A stretch of 64,000 nt of DNA, taken from the NCBI RefSeq assembly GCF_018350175.1, contig NC_058382.1:54810001-54874000 (forward strand). Direction: 5' to 3'. Position 1 is the first letter of the stretch; each line of letters begins with the position of its first letter. The position numbers and the translations under genes were made by a program. The notes below the pieces were generated by a model that saw only the letters and a list, made by a program, of their open reading frames with translations, searched no databases and was not told where the DNA came from. Source of the stretch: Felis catus. Lineage: Eukaryota. Positions 48,906 to 61,944 of the stretch are shown here, piece by piece.

Positions 48906-48919
48906 CCAGCAGAGGGCGC
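48906..48919 (+). promoter_or_regulatory. Candidate CTCF site
   Basis: CCAGCAGAGGGCGC is an exact match to the core consensus CCASYAGRKGGCRS, in non-repeat-looking DNA. Confidence 0.5.
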
Positions 48920-49745
48920 CCCAAACCCACAGGGCCAGGGGCTCCTACCGGCAGGACGAGGGAGTCCTCTGGGTCCCTACCCCGGCTGGTGTCCAGGGGA
49001 GGAGCAAGGTCTCTGGTTTCGCTCTCTCACCTCTCAGCCAGGTTTCCCCAAGGGGACCACGGGACTCTGGACAAGACTGGGTGATTCTTGCTGGTGATGG
49101 TGGAGGCACGAAGGGCGGGGTGGTCCCCATCGAGGCTACCCCTGACTCTGGGGGGGTTTGAGCACCGGGTTTGCGGCTGGAGCATCTGACTTAGAGGCTC
49201 CAGGCCCAACAGAAGAACCACAGTCCTCTGTCCCTGTGTGTGGTCAGGCAGATCCCGGATGGTCCATGCGTTCCCCCTTAGCACACGTCCAATCTGGGAC
49301 CTGTCAACAATGCCCCCGAAAGAGCTCTAGAATCTCTCTGAGAGGCAGGTGCCTTGTAGCCACAGTGGTCACCCTGGTCACCCTGGTGCCCACGGCAAGG
49401 GCTTAAGTCGTCCGTTTCCTTTGTCTGTAAAAACGGCGACCGTCATCCCGATGGACCTGCCAGAGAGGTTTGCTGCAGGACTGTGTGGCTGATGCCTGCA
49501 AGGACCGTGGGCTACAGAAGGCTTGCACTTGACCACTCTCCTCGACGCCCACTTGCTAATCCAGGCCACTCTCCTCTGCCCCCACCCCGACAGGACACGA
49601 GAGGCCACCTCTGTCCCCCACCCCCGCCTGGGCCACCATCTTCTCCCCCTGCTCGACCCCCCCGGGCTCCTGAATGACCTCCCCGCCTCTAGGCTCAGCC
49701 CCCACCCCATCCACTGTCCACCCTGTAGCCAAAATGACTGTTCTC

Positions 49746-50137
49746 TTATTTATTTATTTTTTTTAATTGTTTAATGTTTACTTATTTTTGAGAAAGAGCC
49801 AGAGGGTGAGCAGGGGAGGAGCAGAGAGAGAGGGAGACACAGGATCCCAAGCAGGCTCCAGGCTCCGAGCTGTCGGCACAGAGCCCGATGCGGGGCTCGA
49901 ACCCACGAGCTACGAGATCGTGACCTGAGCCAAAGTCGGATGCTTAACTGACTGAGCCACCCAGGTGCCCCAGTGTTTATTTATTTTTGAGAGAGAGAGA
50001 GAGAGAGAGATTGAGAGAGAGAAAATCTTAAGCAGCACGGAGCCTGACCTGGGGCTCGATCCCATCACCCTGAAATCATGACTTGAACCAAAATCAAGTG
50101 TCGGGCACCTAACCGACTGAGCCGCCCAGCGGCCCCC
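49746..50137 (-). mobile_element. Two antisense CAN-SINEs sharing one outer TSD
   Basis: Elements at about 49750-49972 and 49973-50137. Outer flanks aatgactgttctc / aatgacttttctc. Confidence 0.9.
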
Positions 50138-53124
50138 AGAATGACTTTTCTCAAATGCAAATTTGATCACATCACTTCTTGCTCAACACCCACCAAGGGC
50201 CTCCCATGAAATTCGGGATGAAGGTGCAGCTCCTTGATGTGACCCCTTTGGTCGTCTGGCCAATGTCCGGCTCATCCCTCTAAGTGACAGGGCCTGACCA
50301 TGGAGGTCCCAGGCAGGTTGGAAATAGGACACTTCTCCTGATAGTTGTTAAATATGTGCACTTTGGTCCCAGAGGACCCTCCATTGTTTGTTAACAGAAA
50401 GGACCTCTCTCTCTCTCCGGGTGAATACAAGAGTGTGGACTCAATCCGGGTGGCCTGACCACTGACCCGGAAGGGTCTTTCATTCGGCATTTCCTGCCCA
50501 CGTTGGTGGATGATGCAGTCATCCTCACTCCTGACACACTGCGTCTTGGGTAGATTCTGTGTCAAAGTCTTTTCCACCGTAGAGGGCCTCTGCCTTCCCG
50601 ACCCGAACGGGGGCAGCCGCGTACATGCAGCCGGTCTCAGAGCCGCGTCCTCACCCGAGATGCGTACATGAGAACACAGGTGGGTCAGCACCAGGCAGAG
50701 GTGCCCTTGCCACGCCCACCTGAGGGCACCGTTTCAGAGGGGCCCGTGTGACCTTCCGATCCCCCTGGCCTGAGTCACTGCCACATGACTGAATCATTCC
50801 CGAGGCACGCGGGCTTCTTGGTGGGTGCCCCGAGGGCTGGCCACCGCGTCCCTTCGGCCCTGGCCCGCCCTTGCGAAACCACCTCCCCGTCTCCTGACTC
50901 CGGGGCTCGCAAACATTCAGACCTGCCGCCTCGCTTATACAACTGATACTTGGTCATGTGACTTTCCGTCCCGAAGTTGAACTTATAGGTGTGTAATTCA
51001 CCTGTATGTGTGGTTTCCAAAACGACAGGATGCCCTGCTTATAATCTCAAGGGGAAGGATTAAAAGGAAACTAACTGACCATCAAATCGTATGTGAGGAT
51101 GCTGGACCCCCTCAAAGATACAAAGAAGGAATTGGAAGCTTGGCCCCGTTCCAGGATCCCCAGGAAGGCCGCGACCACAGAAGCAGACGGTCACAGGTGT
51201 ACATGTGGGTGAGGCCGTGGGTGACGTGGTTTTTGGAAATGGCGACCAGCTCTTGGTTAACGTCCAAAAGAAACAAAGAACAACCTTCCCTCCGCTGACA
51301 TGGTGGTTGCAGTCCCGGAAGAGTCAGCGACTATAAAACTGGGCAGGGAAGAGAAATTTGCATTTATATGTAAAACAAAGTTGGATCCTAGACCCAGATA
51401 ACGTCTGGCAGGGACTCACCTACACGAGCGCCGCCCAGTGAGGCGGTCAGACCGTGCTGCAGGACTCGGACCCGTTCTTCGTCAGGGAGGCCTGGCCAGC
51501 ACGGGGCAGCACAGGTAGCCTTCCTGCCCACTGCTGCCATCGAATGCCTGTGGCTCCCACACACATGTCGTCGGGACGAATTTCCAGCCTTCGGAGGGGC
51601 AGTCGTGCCCCCAGGAAAACAACTGCGGGGGAGGGGGGCAGACCGTCCATCAGCTCCCTCGCCTTTTCACCGAGGGGTTACTCTTTCTGCAGCTTTCACG
51701 TAGTTGTCATTCCTCCGGGAAGCCCACCCTGACTGCCAGGCTGGGTGATCGCCCTTCTCGGCGCCCCCGGGAGGCCAGGAGCCTTTGGCCTTCACCTCTG
51801 CCCCCCAGGTCAGCCTGAGTGCCTGGCAGACGAGAGGCGCTCCGTAAATTCTCGTCCAAGACGGGATCCTGGTAGTGGTTCCTGCCTCTGGGCTGCGCTC
51901 ACTCGATCCTCCTAACAGCCCAGGAAGTATTCTTATTCCTGTTTCGGACGAGGGAACGAGGCTCAGAGAGGTCAGGTGGCGGGCCCCAGGTCACACAGCG
52001 AACCGGGACGCGAGTCTGGAGTGTCAGGTCCCCTAGAGAGGCATCTTCCCGTGGGTCTCCCCTGCCGCCCTGCTCAGCACACCCAGCGGCTTCTCCACCC
52101 CAGACACATTCGCCGGGACGCCACCGGCCCCAGGGGTGACCCTGCCCTGCTGGGGTGTCCGGCACCCGCCCAGCCCACACCCACAGGCTCCCTGCGCCTG
52201 AACACAGCAGCGTTCCCGCCTCCCAGCCTCCCCCTCTGTCCCCGCCACCCCAGCTCACCCGTCCTGCTGGAGGGCAGCGCCTGGAGGGTGGGGCCCAGGC
52301 CTTGCTCACCCCCGGGGGCCCAGCCCCAAGGCGGGGCCAGCACAGGGCCGCACCTGTAGCCCAGGGGTGACCCATCACGTGGGGGTCCCCACAGCTGGCC
52401 GGGCTCCGGGTCAGCCGAATAACTACGAACGCACGCCAGGCAGTGGAGGGGGCAGAGGGGCAGGCAGGGGCGTCTGGAATCTTCCCCGAAATTGCAATTG
52501 CGGAGAAGGATGCTGACATCCGGCTGGCCTGGGAGGCAGGCAAGGCTCAGCGTCTAAGTGTCAGTGCCCCCTGCCCCCCGAACAGGGTCGGCTCCACAGG
52601 CTTCGACGAGCTTCCAGCCGCAAATGGATGAGGGGTTGCCCTGTACTGGTTGTGGTGGGTGAGGGGCAGGGAGGACCGTTTGTGGAGCCGCGGGGTCACC
52701 CAGCAAACGGCCCGGCCGTCTTCCTTGCGGGGTCTGTTCCGTAGCTACAGCGACACGTGGCTGCTGATTTCTCCTCTCTGTTCCTCCGTTTCGTCACCTG
52801 TACCTGAGAGTTTGGGAGCAGATGATCTTCAAGGTCTCTTGTGCCTTTTATGTTGTAGGATTCGTCCAACAACAATTTTGGAGCACCTACTCAGTACCTG
52901 GAGAGTGCCATGCATCCCAGAACAAAATTAAAGGGCCCATCCTACCTAAGATCAAACCCTCCCCACTCCCTGGCCTCCCTCCAGCCCACTTGATTTTTCC
53001 TTAGCTTTTAACAGCACCTGAGATACGTTTGATTTCACGAGGGTGTCTCCTTTGCCACGTGTCTCTGTCCGCGGCAACTGGAGCAGGGTCAGCACATAGT
53101 AGGCACTCGATAGATACACACTGA

Positions 53125-53285
53125 GGGGCCCCTGGGTGGCTCAGTCGGTAAGCGTCTGATTTTGGCTCAAGCCGTGGTCTCATGGTTTGTGAGTTCGAGC
53201 CCCATGTCGGGCTCTCTGCTGTCCGCGCAGAGCCTGCTTCGGATCCGCTGTCCTCCCCCACCACCCCCGCCCCCGACTCTCCGCC
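53125..53285 (+). mobile_element. CAN-SINE lacking its A-tail
   Basis: 'ggggcccctgggtggctcagtcggtaagcgtctga...gagcctgcttcggatcc'. Confidence 0.85.
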
Positions 53286-54359
53286 TGCATTAGATGCTCT
53301 GTGTGGCATCTCGAGTACGAACTCACAAGGACACGCAGTGAAAACCATCTTTTTAGAGTGAGCTGTGATCCTCATGATATTCCTGTTACCTCTTTTGCGC
53401 CTCCTCAACCCCGCAAGAGGTTGTGTAGGAGGCCAGGTTAGCGCTGCCTTCCAGAGAAGGCAATCTGTTCCCAGACCGCAAGCAACCGGTCTCCGGGATT
53501 GTGGGCACGTTCCTCAGCTGCTACCAGCCGAACCCTCCCGGCACAGTGAGCAGCTTCCTGGATGTTGTGGATCTTTTATTTTCATACTCTGTGCCTTTGC
53601 ACCTGCGGTTCCCTGCGCCTGGGAAAACCCTTCCCCAGCCCCTCCCTCCCTGCCAGACACATCCCTGCTCTTCTTTTGGGCTCTGTGGAATGAGCGCCTT
53701 AACTCTGACCTCCCTGCAGCATCCTGGACACCGGCCCATCCCGGCACAGCATCCGTGTAAATGACCAAGTAGATGCCTGCTCTCTGCCCACCAGGCTGGG
53801 AGCTCCTGGAGGGCAGGGCTGTGCCCAGGGTCTCACTGGCTCAGCCCCCCGGCAGGCAGGCAGGCGGGCGGGCTGGCCAGCCACCAGCACTTGGTGGACA
53901 ACTTGCTGGGCGAAGGCGTGCACATGGCTGCCGGAATCCCATCTGCTGCTGGAAGGTTCCTGGGAATCCCGGTGTACCGACTCTTTGTACTGAACACAAT
54001 TTTTTTTTTTTTTTTTGGTCACTCCACCTGAAACCTCTTCAAAACGAAGTGTCTAGCTGTCTGTAGGGGATCTCCTGACCCATCGTTCCTTTTTAATGGT
54101 TAATTTTTTCATTAAATTTTTTTAATTTTTAAACTTCTTAATTTTTAAAAGTTAGGGGATAGTTACATACCGTAAAATGAACACACCTTAAGCGTACCTC
54201 TCCGTGATTTTTTATACATGTCTGCTCTGAGAAACTACCACTGAGATCAACGGGTAAAACTCGACCCCCAGGCCGCCCATCTCCCCTCCCAGTCAGTAAC
54301 CCCCAAGGGAACCCCCATTCTGACCCACGCGGCAGGCCGTCCACCAGGCGGGCCAGCAC

Positions 54360-54790
54360 GTTTTCCAGGGTTACCCTAAAAAGTGACCACGCGGTGAGGG
54401 GCTTAATACAACAGAAACTGCCCTCTTACAGTCTGGAGGCAAGAGTCTGAAATCAAGGCGTGGGCGGGGCCAGGCTCCCTCCGAAGGCTATGGGTTGGGC
54501 GGGGGGGGGGGGGGTGCGGGGAGGGGTCCTCCTCATCTCTTCCAGCTTCTGGTGGTGCTCCAGGTGCTCCTGGGCTTGTGACCACATGCCTCCCACCTCT
54601 GCCCTTATCCTCACATGGCTGCCATCTTCTCTGTGTGTCTTTTATAAGGACATTTGTTATTGGACTTGGGGCCCACCCGGGTAATCCAGGTTGACCTCAA
54701 TTGGAGATTCTTAAGAGACTCTTTTTCCAATAAGGTCACAGTTACAGGTTCTGGGAGTTACGACGTGAACATATCCTTTTGGATTCACCA
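54360..54790 (-). mobile_element. MLT1 LTR
   Basis: 'ggcttaatacaacagaaa...acagtctggaggcaagagtctgaaatcaagg...ttataaggaca...ccaataaggtcaca'. Confidence 0.83.
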
Positions 54791-54796
54791 TGAAAA

Positions 54797-55014
54797 GTTT
54801 TTTTTTTAATGTTTATTGTTTGAGAGAGAGAGAGACCGAGAGACAGAGTGTGAGCAGGGGAGGGGCAGAGAGAGAGGGAGACACAGAATCGGAAGCAGGC
54901 TCCAGGCTTTGAGCTGTCAGCACAGAGCTGGACACGGGGCTTGAACCCCCGAACCGTGAGATCATGACCTGAGCCTAAGCCAGACGCTTAACTGGCTGAA
55001 CCACCCAGGCACCC
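54797..55014 (-). mobile_element. CAN-SINE
   Basis: Reverse-complement SINEC flanked by ttggattcacc on both sides. Confidence 0.93.
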
Positions 55015-56462
55015 TTGGATTCACCGTTTAATTCACCGCAGTCACCAAATGCAGAGTGGAGGTGACTGCCTTCCCGTCCTTGTCTTCCACAGAGTTCCAA
55101 CGTGTCCTTCCAGAGCCAGTCCCTGCCTGTGTAAGAGGTGGTGTGTGTGTGTGTGTGTATGTGTGTGTGTGTGTGTGTGTGAGATTTTTCCACAAACTGC
55201 ATTCTCTACACACTTCTGTACTTGGCCTTTCTTAATGCATCTTAGTAATCATCCCATGACCACACAGCTGACTTACTCCTCCTAACAGCTGTATAGTCGT
55301 CCTTGGGTGGGTGCACCCGCCTTATTTAGCCATTCTCCTCTCGATGAATATCCTGAATATTCGGGTTGCTTCCAATCATCTGCCGTTCCCACCAGTGCAC
55401 CCAAGACCGTCTTGGCAAGTGGTGGCTTTGACAACGTGCATGAGCCTATCTGTGCAGAAAATCCCCAGCTTCGCTTCTTTGGTTTATGAAAGACAGCGTA
55501 AGGGGATTAAAACCAATCTTTAATTAAAAAAAAAAAATCTTTCCGTGTTCCCACCACACCTACCGCTCTCTGCGTCTTCCCTGCCAGCCTGGTCCTCAAC
55601 TGGAAGCATTTTGCGAAGTTACAGGCGTATCATTTTTATTCTGTTCCATAAGATACCCCTTGATGTCGTACGGGTTTTCCGTGTCATCCGCAGTCATCAA
55701 AGTTACATTTTTTGTGGCTGTGTGACAGTGTCCCTGGCCAGACGGGTCGTGACGTACGAAGCCATTGCCCTGTGTGGACTCTTCGGGTTTATTTTCTCTT
55801 CCAGAAAACTCTGCGGGGAACCGTTTCTTTCCAGTAGCTTTTTAATTTTTTTAAAAAAGGATAATTTCCTTAGCATAGTTTTCCAAGCCTAATATTATTC
55901 AGTCAAAGGGTAGGAACAGCTTCGCAGTGTTAGCCACAAGCTGCCAGACTGCTTCCCCAAGGAGCCCGTCTGCCTGGTCCTGACACGAGACCCCAGGTGG
56001 CTGGGCCTGCCTCGCTCGCCAGCCCCGACCCGGCATCGATGGCTAACTCTAACTGCTCGGATCCGAAAGAAGACGTGGGGCTTTCCTCCCTCTGTTTTCC
56101 CAGTTGGCCAGCTCAGGCGGGAACTCTCGGACCCCACCCGCCCCCAGAGCCTCCTGACATGAGCGGGTGGGGCTGGGAGGTAGGATTCTGGCCACACCTG
56201 AGTTTGAACATTTTCCATGGATTTGTTTACTCTTTGCATCTCCTCCTGGGCCCTTGTAGGTTTACAGGCTCTGGGCTTTGCCTGCCTTTTTTGCTGGAAA
56301 CTGGGTTCATCTTGTCTTGGCAGCAGCTTCTCCTTTGCCATATTTTTGTTCTTCTCTTTCCTGTTAACACGATGTGAAAGGTGTATCTGGATGTTTCTGT
56401 CTCTTTATAAAAGAAAAAATTGGGAGAGAAAATTGCTATCTCGTGCTGCTCCTTTTCAAGTC

Positions 56463-56539
56463 TGTGTGCGTGCATGTGTGCGTGTGTGTGCATGTGTGTG
56501 TGTGCATGTGCGTGCGCGTGCGCGTGTGTGTGTGTGTAC
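56463..56539. repeat. Alternating purine-pyrimidine tract (TG/CG/CA), 77 bp
   Basis: Uninterrupted YR alternation. Other (TG)n tracts at about 32590-32619 and 55140-55181. Confidence 0.95.
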
Positions 56540-57083
56540 TCAGAAATACGGGTAAAATACTTCTTTCTGACATACTTCTCGTCTCGTATACGGACAAGCC
56601 TTTGTGATGTCTGCCGGGAGAAGGGGTGCAGTGTGCCTGGAAAAGCAACACGAATTAAGGAGCACGTACCCAGACTCTCGTGTGCAATTTTGCTTGGGGC
56701 CCACCCCGCCCCTCACCTAGCGGGCAATGTTTGTTGGACGCGTGAATTTTGCCGTATTTCCCTCAATTCTTTTTAAGAAGCATAACATTCTAGACAGAGC
56801 TAAAGGCCCTGAGTTCAGGGGGGCTGTTTGGGATCCAGGCTTTCCTTCTCTCTGCAGGGATACATCACCCCTGTCCTGCGCGTCTCTTCCCACGCGTGTT
56901 TTGGTGTGACCACCGTTCACGTACGCCTGTGAAAACCACCGTTTTTGTGTGTCCACATCTACGTCAACGGTACTAAGCCGTCTGCACGGCTCTGTGGCTT
57001 GCTTTGCCCACTGCTTATGCTCTTATGTAGTTCCCCACTGGGTGCGTGGACCACAGTTAACGAGCCACTCTTTGGTCGATGGC

Positions 57084-57492
57084 TGTATTGGCTTTCTAGG
57101 GCCACCACGGTAAAGTATCACAGACTGAGTGGCTTAAACAACAGAAATTTATTCTCTCACAGTTCTGGAGGCTGGAAGTCCAAAATGAAGGTGTTGTCAG
57201 GACGAGTTCCTTCTGGAAGTCAGGAGGGGACAATCTACTGCAGGCCTGGTGGCCTCGGGCGTTCCTGGGCTCCCAAACGCCCTTCTCCCCATCCGGAGTC
57301 TACCCATTGCTTTCTCTCCGTGCATTTCTGTCTCTGTGGCCAAACGTTACCGTTTTCATAAGGATACCAGTCTTGTTGGATTAGGGCCCACTTATATGAC
57401 CTCATTTGAACTCAATTAACTTTTTGAAGAACTGTCTCCAAATAAAGTTACATTCAGAGGCACTGGGGATTAGGGCCTCAACGTGTGAATTT
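57084..57492 (-). mobile_element. MLT1 LTR
   Basis: 'gtggcttaaacaacagaaatttattctctcacagttctggaggctggaagtcc...ggattagggccca...tctccaaataaagttacatt'. Confidence 0.88.
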
Positions 57493-57680
57493 GGAGGTCA
57501 CCTGGGTGGCTCAGTCGGTTAAGCATCCAACTCTGGATTTCAGCTCAGGTCATGATCTCATGGTTTGTGAGGTCGAGCCCTGCGTCTGGCTCTGCATCGG
57601 GCATAGAGCCTGCTTAAGATTCTCTCTCTCCCTGTCCCTCTTCCTCTGCCCTTCCCCCCACTGTCTGTCTCTAAAAGAAA
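57493..57680 (+). mobile_element. CAN-SINE
   Basis: 'cacctgggtggctcagtcggttaagcatcc...tcaggtcatgatctc'. Confidence 0.9.
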
Positions 57681-58246
57681 GAGAACAAAGAAAGTGTTAC
57701 CTCTCATGTCACATTGTAGGAATTCTTTGTTAATCCTGGATCCCAGCCTGCACTGAAAGACATTTCTGCTGGTCTTTAACTCATCTTTATACTTGTTTAT
57801 TCTTTGATGTGCAGAGGTTTTTAATTTTAATGTAGTCAAATGCTGCAAGCACCAAGGTTTATCTTGTTAAGAAATCCTTCCCTATACCAAGGTCATAGAA
57901 ATAATGCCCTATATTTTCTACTAAATCATTCCAAGTTTCGTTTCTCAAGTCCTGGCCTCAGTCCACCTGGAATTTGTGTGTGTAATGTGTGAGAAGAGTC
58001 TAATTCTGTTTTCCCAGACGGATTGCCAATGGCTGTCCCCTCCCCATTCCTCACTCTGGGATCCTTGGTGGACCCAGGCCCCGCATCCAGTTCCCCGACA
58101 TCAGCATCCGTGGCATACCTGGGGACCACCCTCTGACAGGGCAGAGCACCCAACACAGTGACACCTGTGCCTGTCCCCAAGGATGAGCCCAGCTGGAGCC
58201 TGAACGCTGGGTGCATCCTTCTGGAAGGGGCTGCAGGGACGGGCTC

Positions 58247-58663
58247 TGCATTAGTCTCCTGGGTCCGCCATAACATATTGCCGCAAACACGGGGCCTTAA
58301 AGTAACAGAAATGCATTCTCTCACAGTTCAGGGGGTCGGAAGTTTGAAGTTGAAGTATCATCAGGATTGTTTCCTTCTGCGGCCGCAAGGGAGGACCTAT
58401 TCCACGCCTTGCGGCCATCAGCAATTCTTGTCCTGAGCCTGGAGACGCATCCCTCCAGTCTCTGCCTGTCTTTCTGCTCTCTCTGTGTCTGTGTCCCCTC
58501 CTCTTCTCTTCTAAGGATTGTCATTAGATTTAGGGCCCGCCCTAATCCAGGATGATCTCATCTTGAGTTCCAGAAGTTAATTACGTTTACCAAAACCCTT
58601 TTCCCAAATAAGGTCACATTTGCAGATTCTGGGTAGACACCTCTTTTGGACACATTCAACCCC
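58247..58663 (-). mobile_element. MLT1 LTR
   Basis: 'cttaaagtaacagaaatgcattctctcacagttc...tttagggcccgccctaatccaggatgatctcatctt...ccaaataaggtcacatt'. Confidence 0.85.
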
Positions 58664-59365
58664 ACTAAGTGGGGAGAAGAGTTTCTCCGACAGGGTGTGG
58701 GAACGGAACAGACCAACACCTGTCTCCCTCACCAACATACGCTTCCTTCTGGCTCCCTTGTTCGGTGAATGGCACCGACTCCGCCATTTTCTTTCATTTC
58801 CTCCTTCCACTCCCAAATCCGGTGATGCGCTATCCCACCCCTGGAAATATATCTTAAGGAACTGGTTCAACAGCATTAAAAAAAATTCCTCTCTTTGTCA
58901 TTGCTTTGTTACTAATATTGAGAGGGTGGAAACAGCCCCCAGGAGAGGAGGTAACTACTTAATTACTTCAGTAATATTTGATCATGCAAACTTACTGATG
59001 GTTTAGCGGTAGACATGGGAGAGAGAGGGCAGAGAACAAGATGATGGCTATTGCTACCCCCAGAGTGAGGAGGGAACATTCCCACGTGATGACCGGAAAG
59101 ATCACATAATGTAAATTAGGACGGGGACCCTAAGCTAGCCTGAGTCTCTGAAGCTGAGTTGTGAGCGCTAAGTTGACTCTGGCGGACCGGGAAGAGACAG
59201 GAAGGAGAGTGCAGGAGGAAGCAGCCTGCACCAAAATGGCAGGAAGGGCTTCACGTCCCTGGGACCCATGACTGGCCACCAAAGTCCCCAAAACATGGCG
59301 ACACGGAATGGCTCGTGACTCAGTGAAAAATACAGCATAAAAGTGGATTCACAGGGGTGACTGGA

Positions 59366-59884
59366 AAATAAAAATTGCCCTATGACCCAGCAATCCCACC
59401 TCTGGACAGAAAGAAACAACCAAACAGAAAACGGGGATTCAAAGACACGCGTGCACATCTATGTTCGTAGCGGCATTACTCACAATAGTCAAAAGGGGGC
59501 GACAACCCAAATGTCCATCGGTGGATACGTGGATAACTGACATGTAGCGTATACATAGGATGGCATGTTATTCATTTGCCTCAAAATGAAATTGTGGCGT
59601 ATGTTACAACTGGATGAATCTCGGAGACATTCTGCTTCGTGGAATAAGCTACTCATAAAAGGACGAACACCGTATGGGTCCCGTCACACGAGGCGCGAGA
59701 GCGGTCAGATGGCGGCTACGAGGCCCCGGGGATGGGGAATTAGTGTTTACTGGGGACAGAGTTTCAGTTCGGGGAGATTAAAGAGTTCTGGAGGTGGATG
59801 GTGTGGATGTACTGAACTTAACAGAACCGTGCAGTTAAAAGTGGGTAAGGTGGCAAATGTTAGGTTGTGTGTATTTTACCATGA
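59366..59884 (+). mobile_element. L1MB-like 3' end
   Basis: 'ccctatgacccagcaatcccacctctgg...atgttcgtagcggcattactcacaatagtcaaaagg...caacccaaatgtccatc'. Confidence 0.85.
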
Positions 59885-60119
59885 TTTTTTACATTTTTAT
59901 TTTATTTTTAAACAAAGTTTTAATGTTTATTTTTTGAGAGAGAGGGGAGAGACAGACAGACAGACAGACAGACAGAGAGGGAGACACAGAATCTGAAGCA
60001 GGCTCCAGGCTCTGAGCTGTCAGCACAGAGCCCAACCCAGGGCTCGAACTCATGGACTGTGAGATCATCACCTGAGCCGAAGTCAGACGCTTAGCCGACT
60101 GAGCCACCCAGGCGCCCCC
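59885..60119 (-). mobile_element. CAN-SINE
   Basis: Reverse-complement SINEC with (gaca)n. Flanks ccatgattttt / ccataattttt. Confidence 0.93.
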
Positions 60120-60824
60120 ATAATTTTTTTTTTTTTTTTACAAAGGACATCTAGCTCATTGGCAGAGAGCTGCCTGTCATTGAGAGCTCCTTTGTCTATT
60201 CAGCAAATCTTTATTTCTCTGTCCGGGGAGGTGGTGAGGGAAGCAGACAGGATTGCTGCCCTCCTGGGGGTCCAGGCGATAGGGACAGGCAGACCTTACT
60301 CAAATCACATCATCAAATACGTGCATGAATTTCCTATCAGTTACTAGCTCTGTGACCTTGGACGAGCCACTTCAGCTTTCTGAATTTGTTTCCTTCTCTG
60401 TGAAAATGGGGACAATCATATGCCCTGATAATGACGCTGGAAGGCCAGTGAGTGTCCTCTAAATGGCCCAGGCAAAGAGTGCTCGGCTTAGGGGCTGCTC
60501 TATATGGCTGAGTTCCTTTCTCATAGTTCAAAATCAGCAATCTATGCTTCAGGACGCACCAACATAATTTGTGTTCCATGGGGATGCAGACAGGCAGTGT
60601 ATATATTTTGAAGGTATGCAAAATCCTTTTATACACATAGAAGTTCTAGGTGGATATTCACCAGGATGTGGGGAATGGGAGATAGGATGTCAGGTAGGAC
60701 ATTTTTTTAAATCGTATTAAGGGATTTTCTGGCTGGATGATCTCAGGCAAATAACCTGACGTCTTTTAACCTCAGTTCAGTTTCCTCAACTGTTAAATAA
60801 TAATACCCACCTATAGAGCGTTTT

Positions 60825-60870
60825 GGTTTTTTGTTTATTGGGCTTTTTTGTAAGTCTATTTATTTATTTT

Positions 60871-60904
<34 letters not shown>

Positions 60905-61059
60905 GAGAGAGCGAGCGAGAGAGAGAGAATATCCCAAACAGCTCTGCATTGCTAGTGCAGAACCCGACTCAGGGCTTGAACCCAAGACCCGTGAGATCAT
61001 GATCTGAGCCAAAATCAAGAGCCTGACGCTTAACCGACGGAGCTACCCAGGCGTCCCCC
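60825..61059 (-). mobile_element. CAN-SINE with long (GA)n, inserted in a MIR
   Basis: Flanks ctatagagcgtttt / ctatagagggtttt. Confidence 0.9.
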
Positions 61060-61749
61060 TATAGAGGGTTTTTTTTTTTTTAATTCTTGATTATGGGCAT
61101 TTCAACCCCCCCACAAAAGAAGGAACCGTCCAATGGACCTCCATTAACCAGGTTCAACAACTGGCGATGTAATCGTCGATGGTGTTTCATCCGTCCTTCC
61201 TCCTGCTCGCTATTTTAAAGCAAATCCCAAACAGACTCTTTAAAAGAGGATCACTACAATACCATGGTCACGCCTAAAAATTTTTTTCAACAATTTCTGA
61301 AGATCATCTAATATCTCATCAGTGGTTAATCGTCCTTGGCTGTCCCATAAATGCCTTTTTAATTTGATTTGCTTGAATCGGGATCCGCAAGGTCCACACA
61401 TGATATCCTTTTCCCCAGCAATTTATTAAGACAATTTCCAAACGTCCAGCGAAAGTGGAGGAATTTTATCGTGGGCTCTGGCACAATCGCCCAGACTCCA
61501 CCACTAACCCGTTGCCGTGCTTTGTCACACGCCTACCCATCTGCCTGCCTCCCTCCAGTTGATAACACCTTTTTTGAGTCTTTTAAAATCTAAATACTAT
61601 CCCCTCTCCCATGTTTTTGCCTTGCCATTTATTTGCTGATGAAACTGTTTCACTTGTCCTGTGGAATTTCTCATTTGAGGATTAAATGAGCTAATATGTA
61701 CATTGTGCTCAGACTAGAGCAGGTACCTAAGTCATAGTCATTATGATTT

Positions 61750-61944
61750 GCTTTTTAATTTATTTTTATTATTATATTTTAATTTTTAGAGGGGGAGGCC
61801 AAGGGAGGGAGAGAGAGAATCTCAAGCAGGCTCCACACTCAGGGTTAGAGCCTGATGCAGGGCTTGATCCCGTGACCCTGGGATCACGACCCCAGCCGAA
61901 ATCAAGAGTTGGATGCTCGACCAGCGGAGCCACCCAGGCACCCC
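61750..61944 (-). mobile_element. CAN-SINE
   Basis: 'agagaatctcaagcaggctcc...gccgaaatcaagagttggatgctc...gagccacccaggcacccc'. Confidence 0.9.

Noticed and set aside
51899..52543. 214-aa minus-strand ORF and overlapping ORFs in several frames
   Set aside because: Pro/Gly/Ala/Arg-rich composition expected from high GC, overlap with a MIR, and no protein family signal or splice structure.
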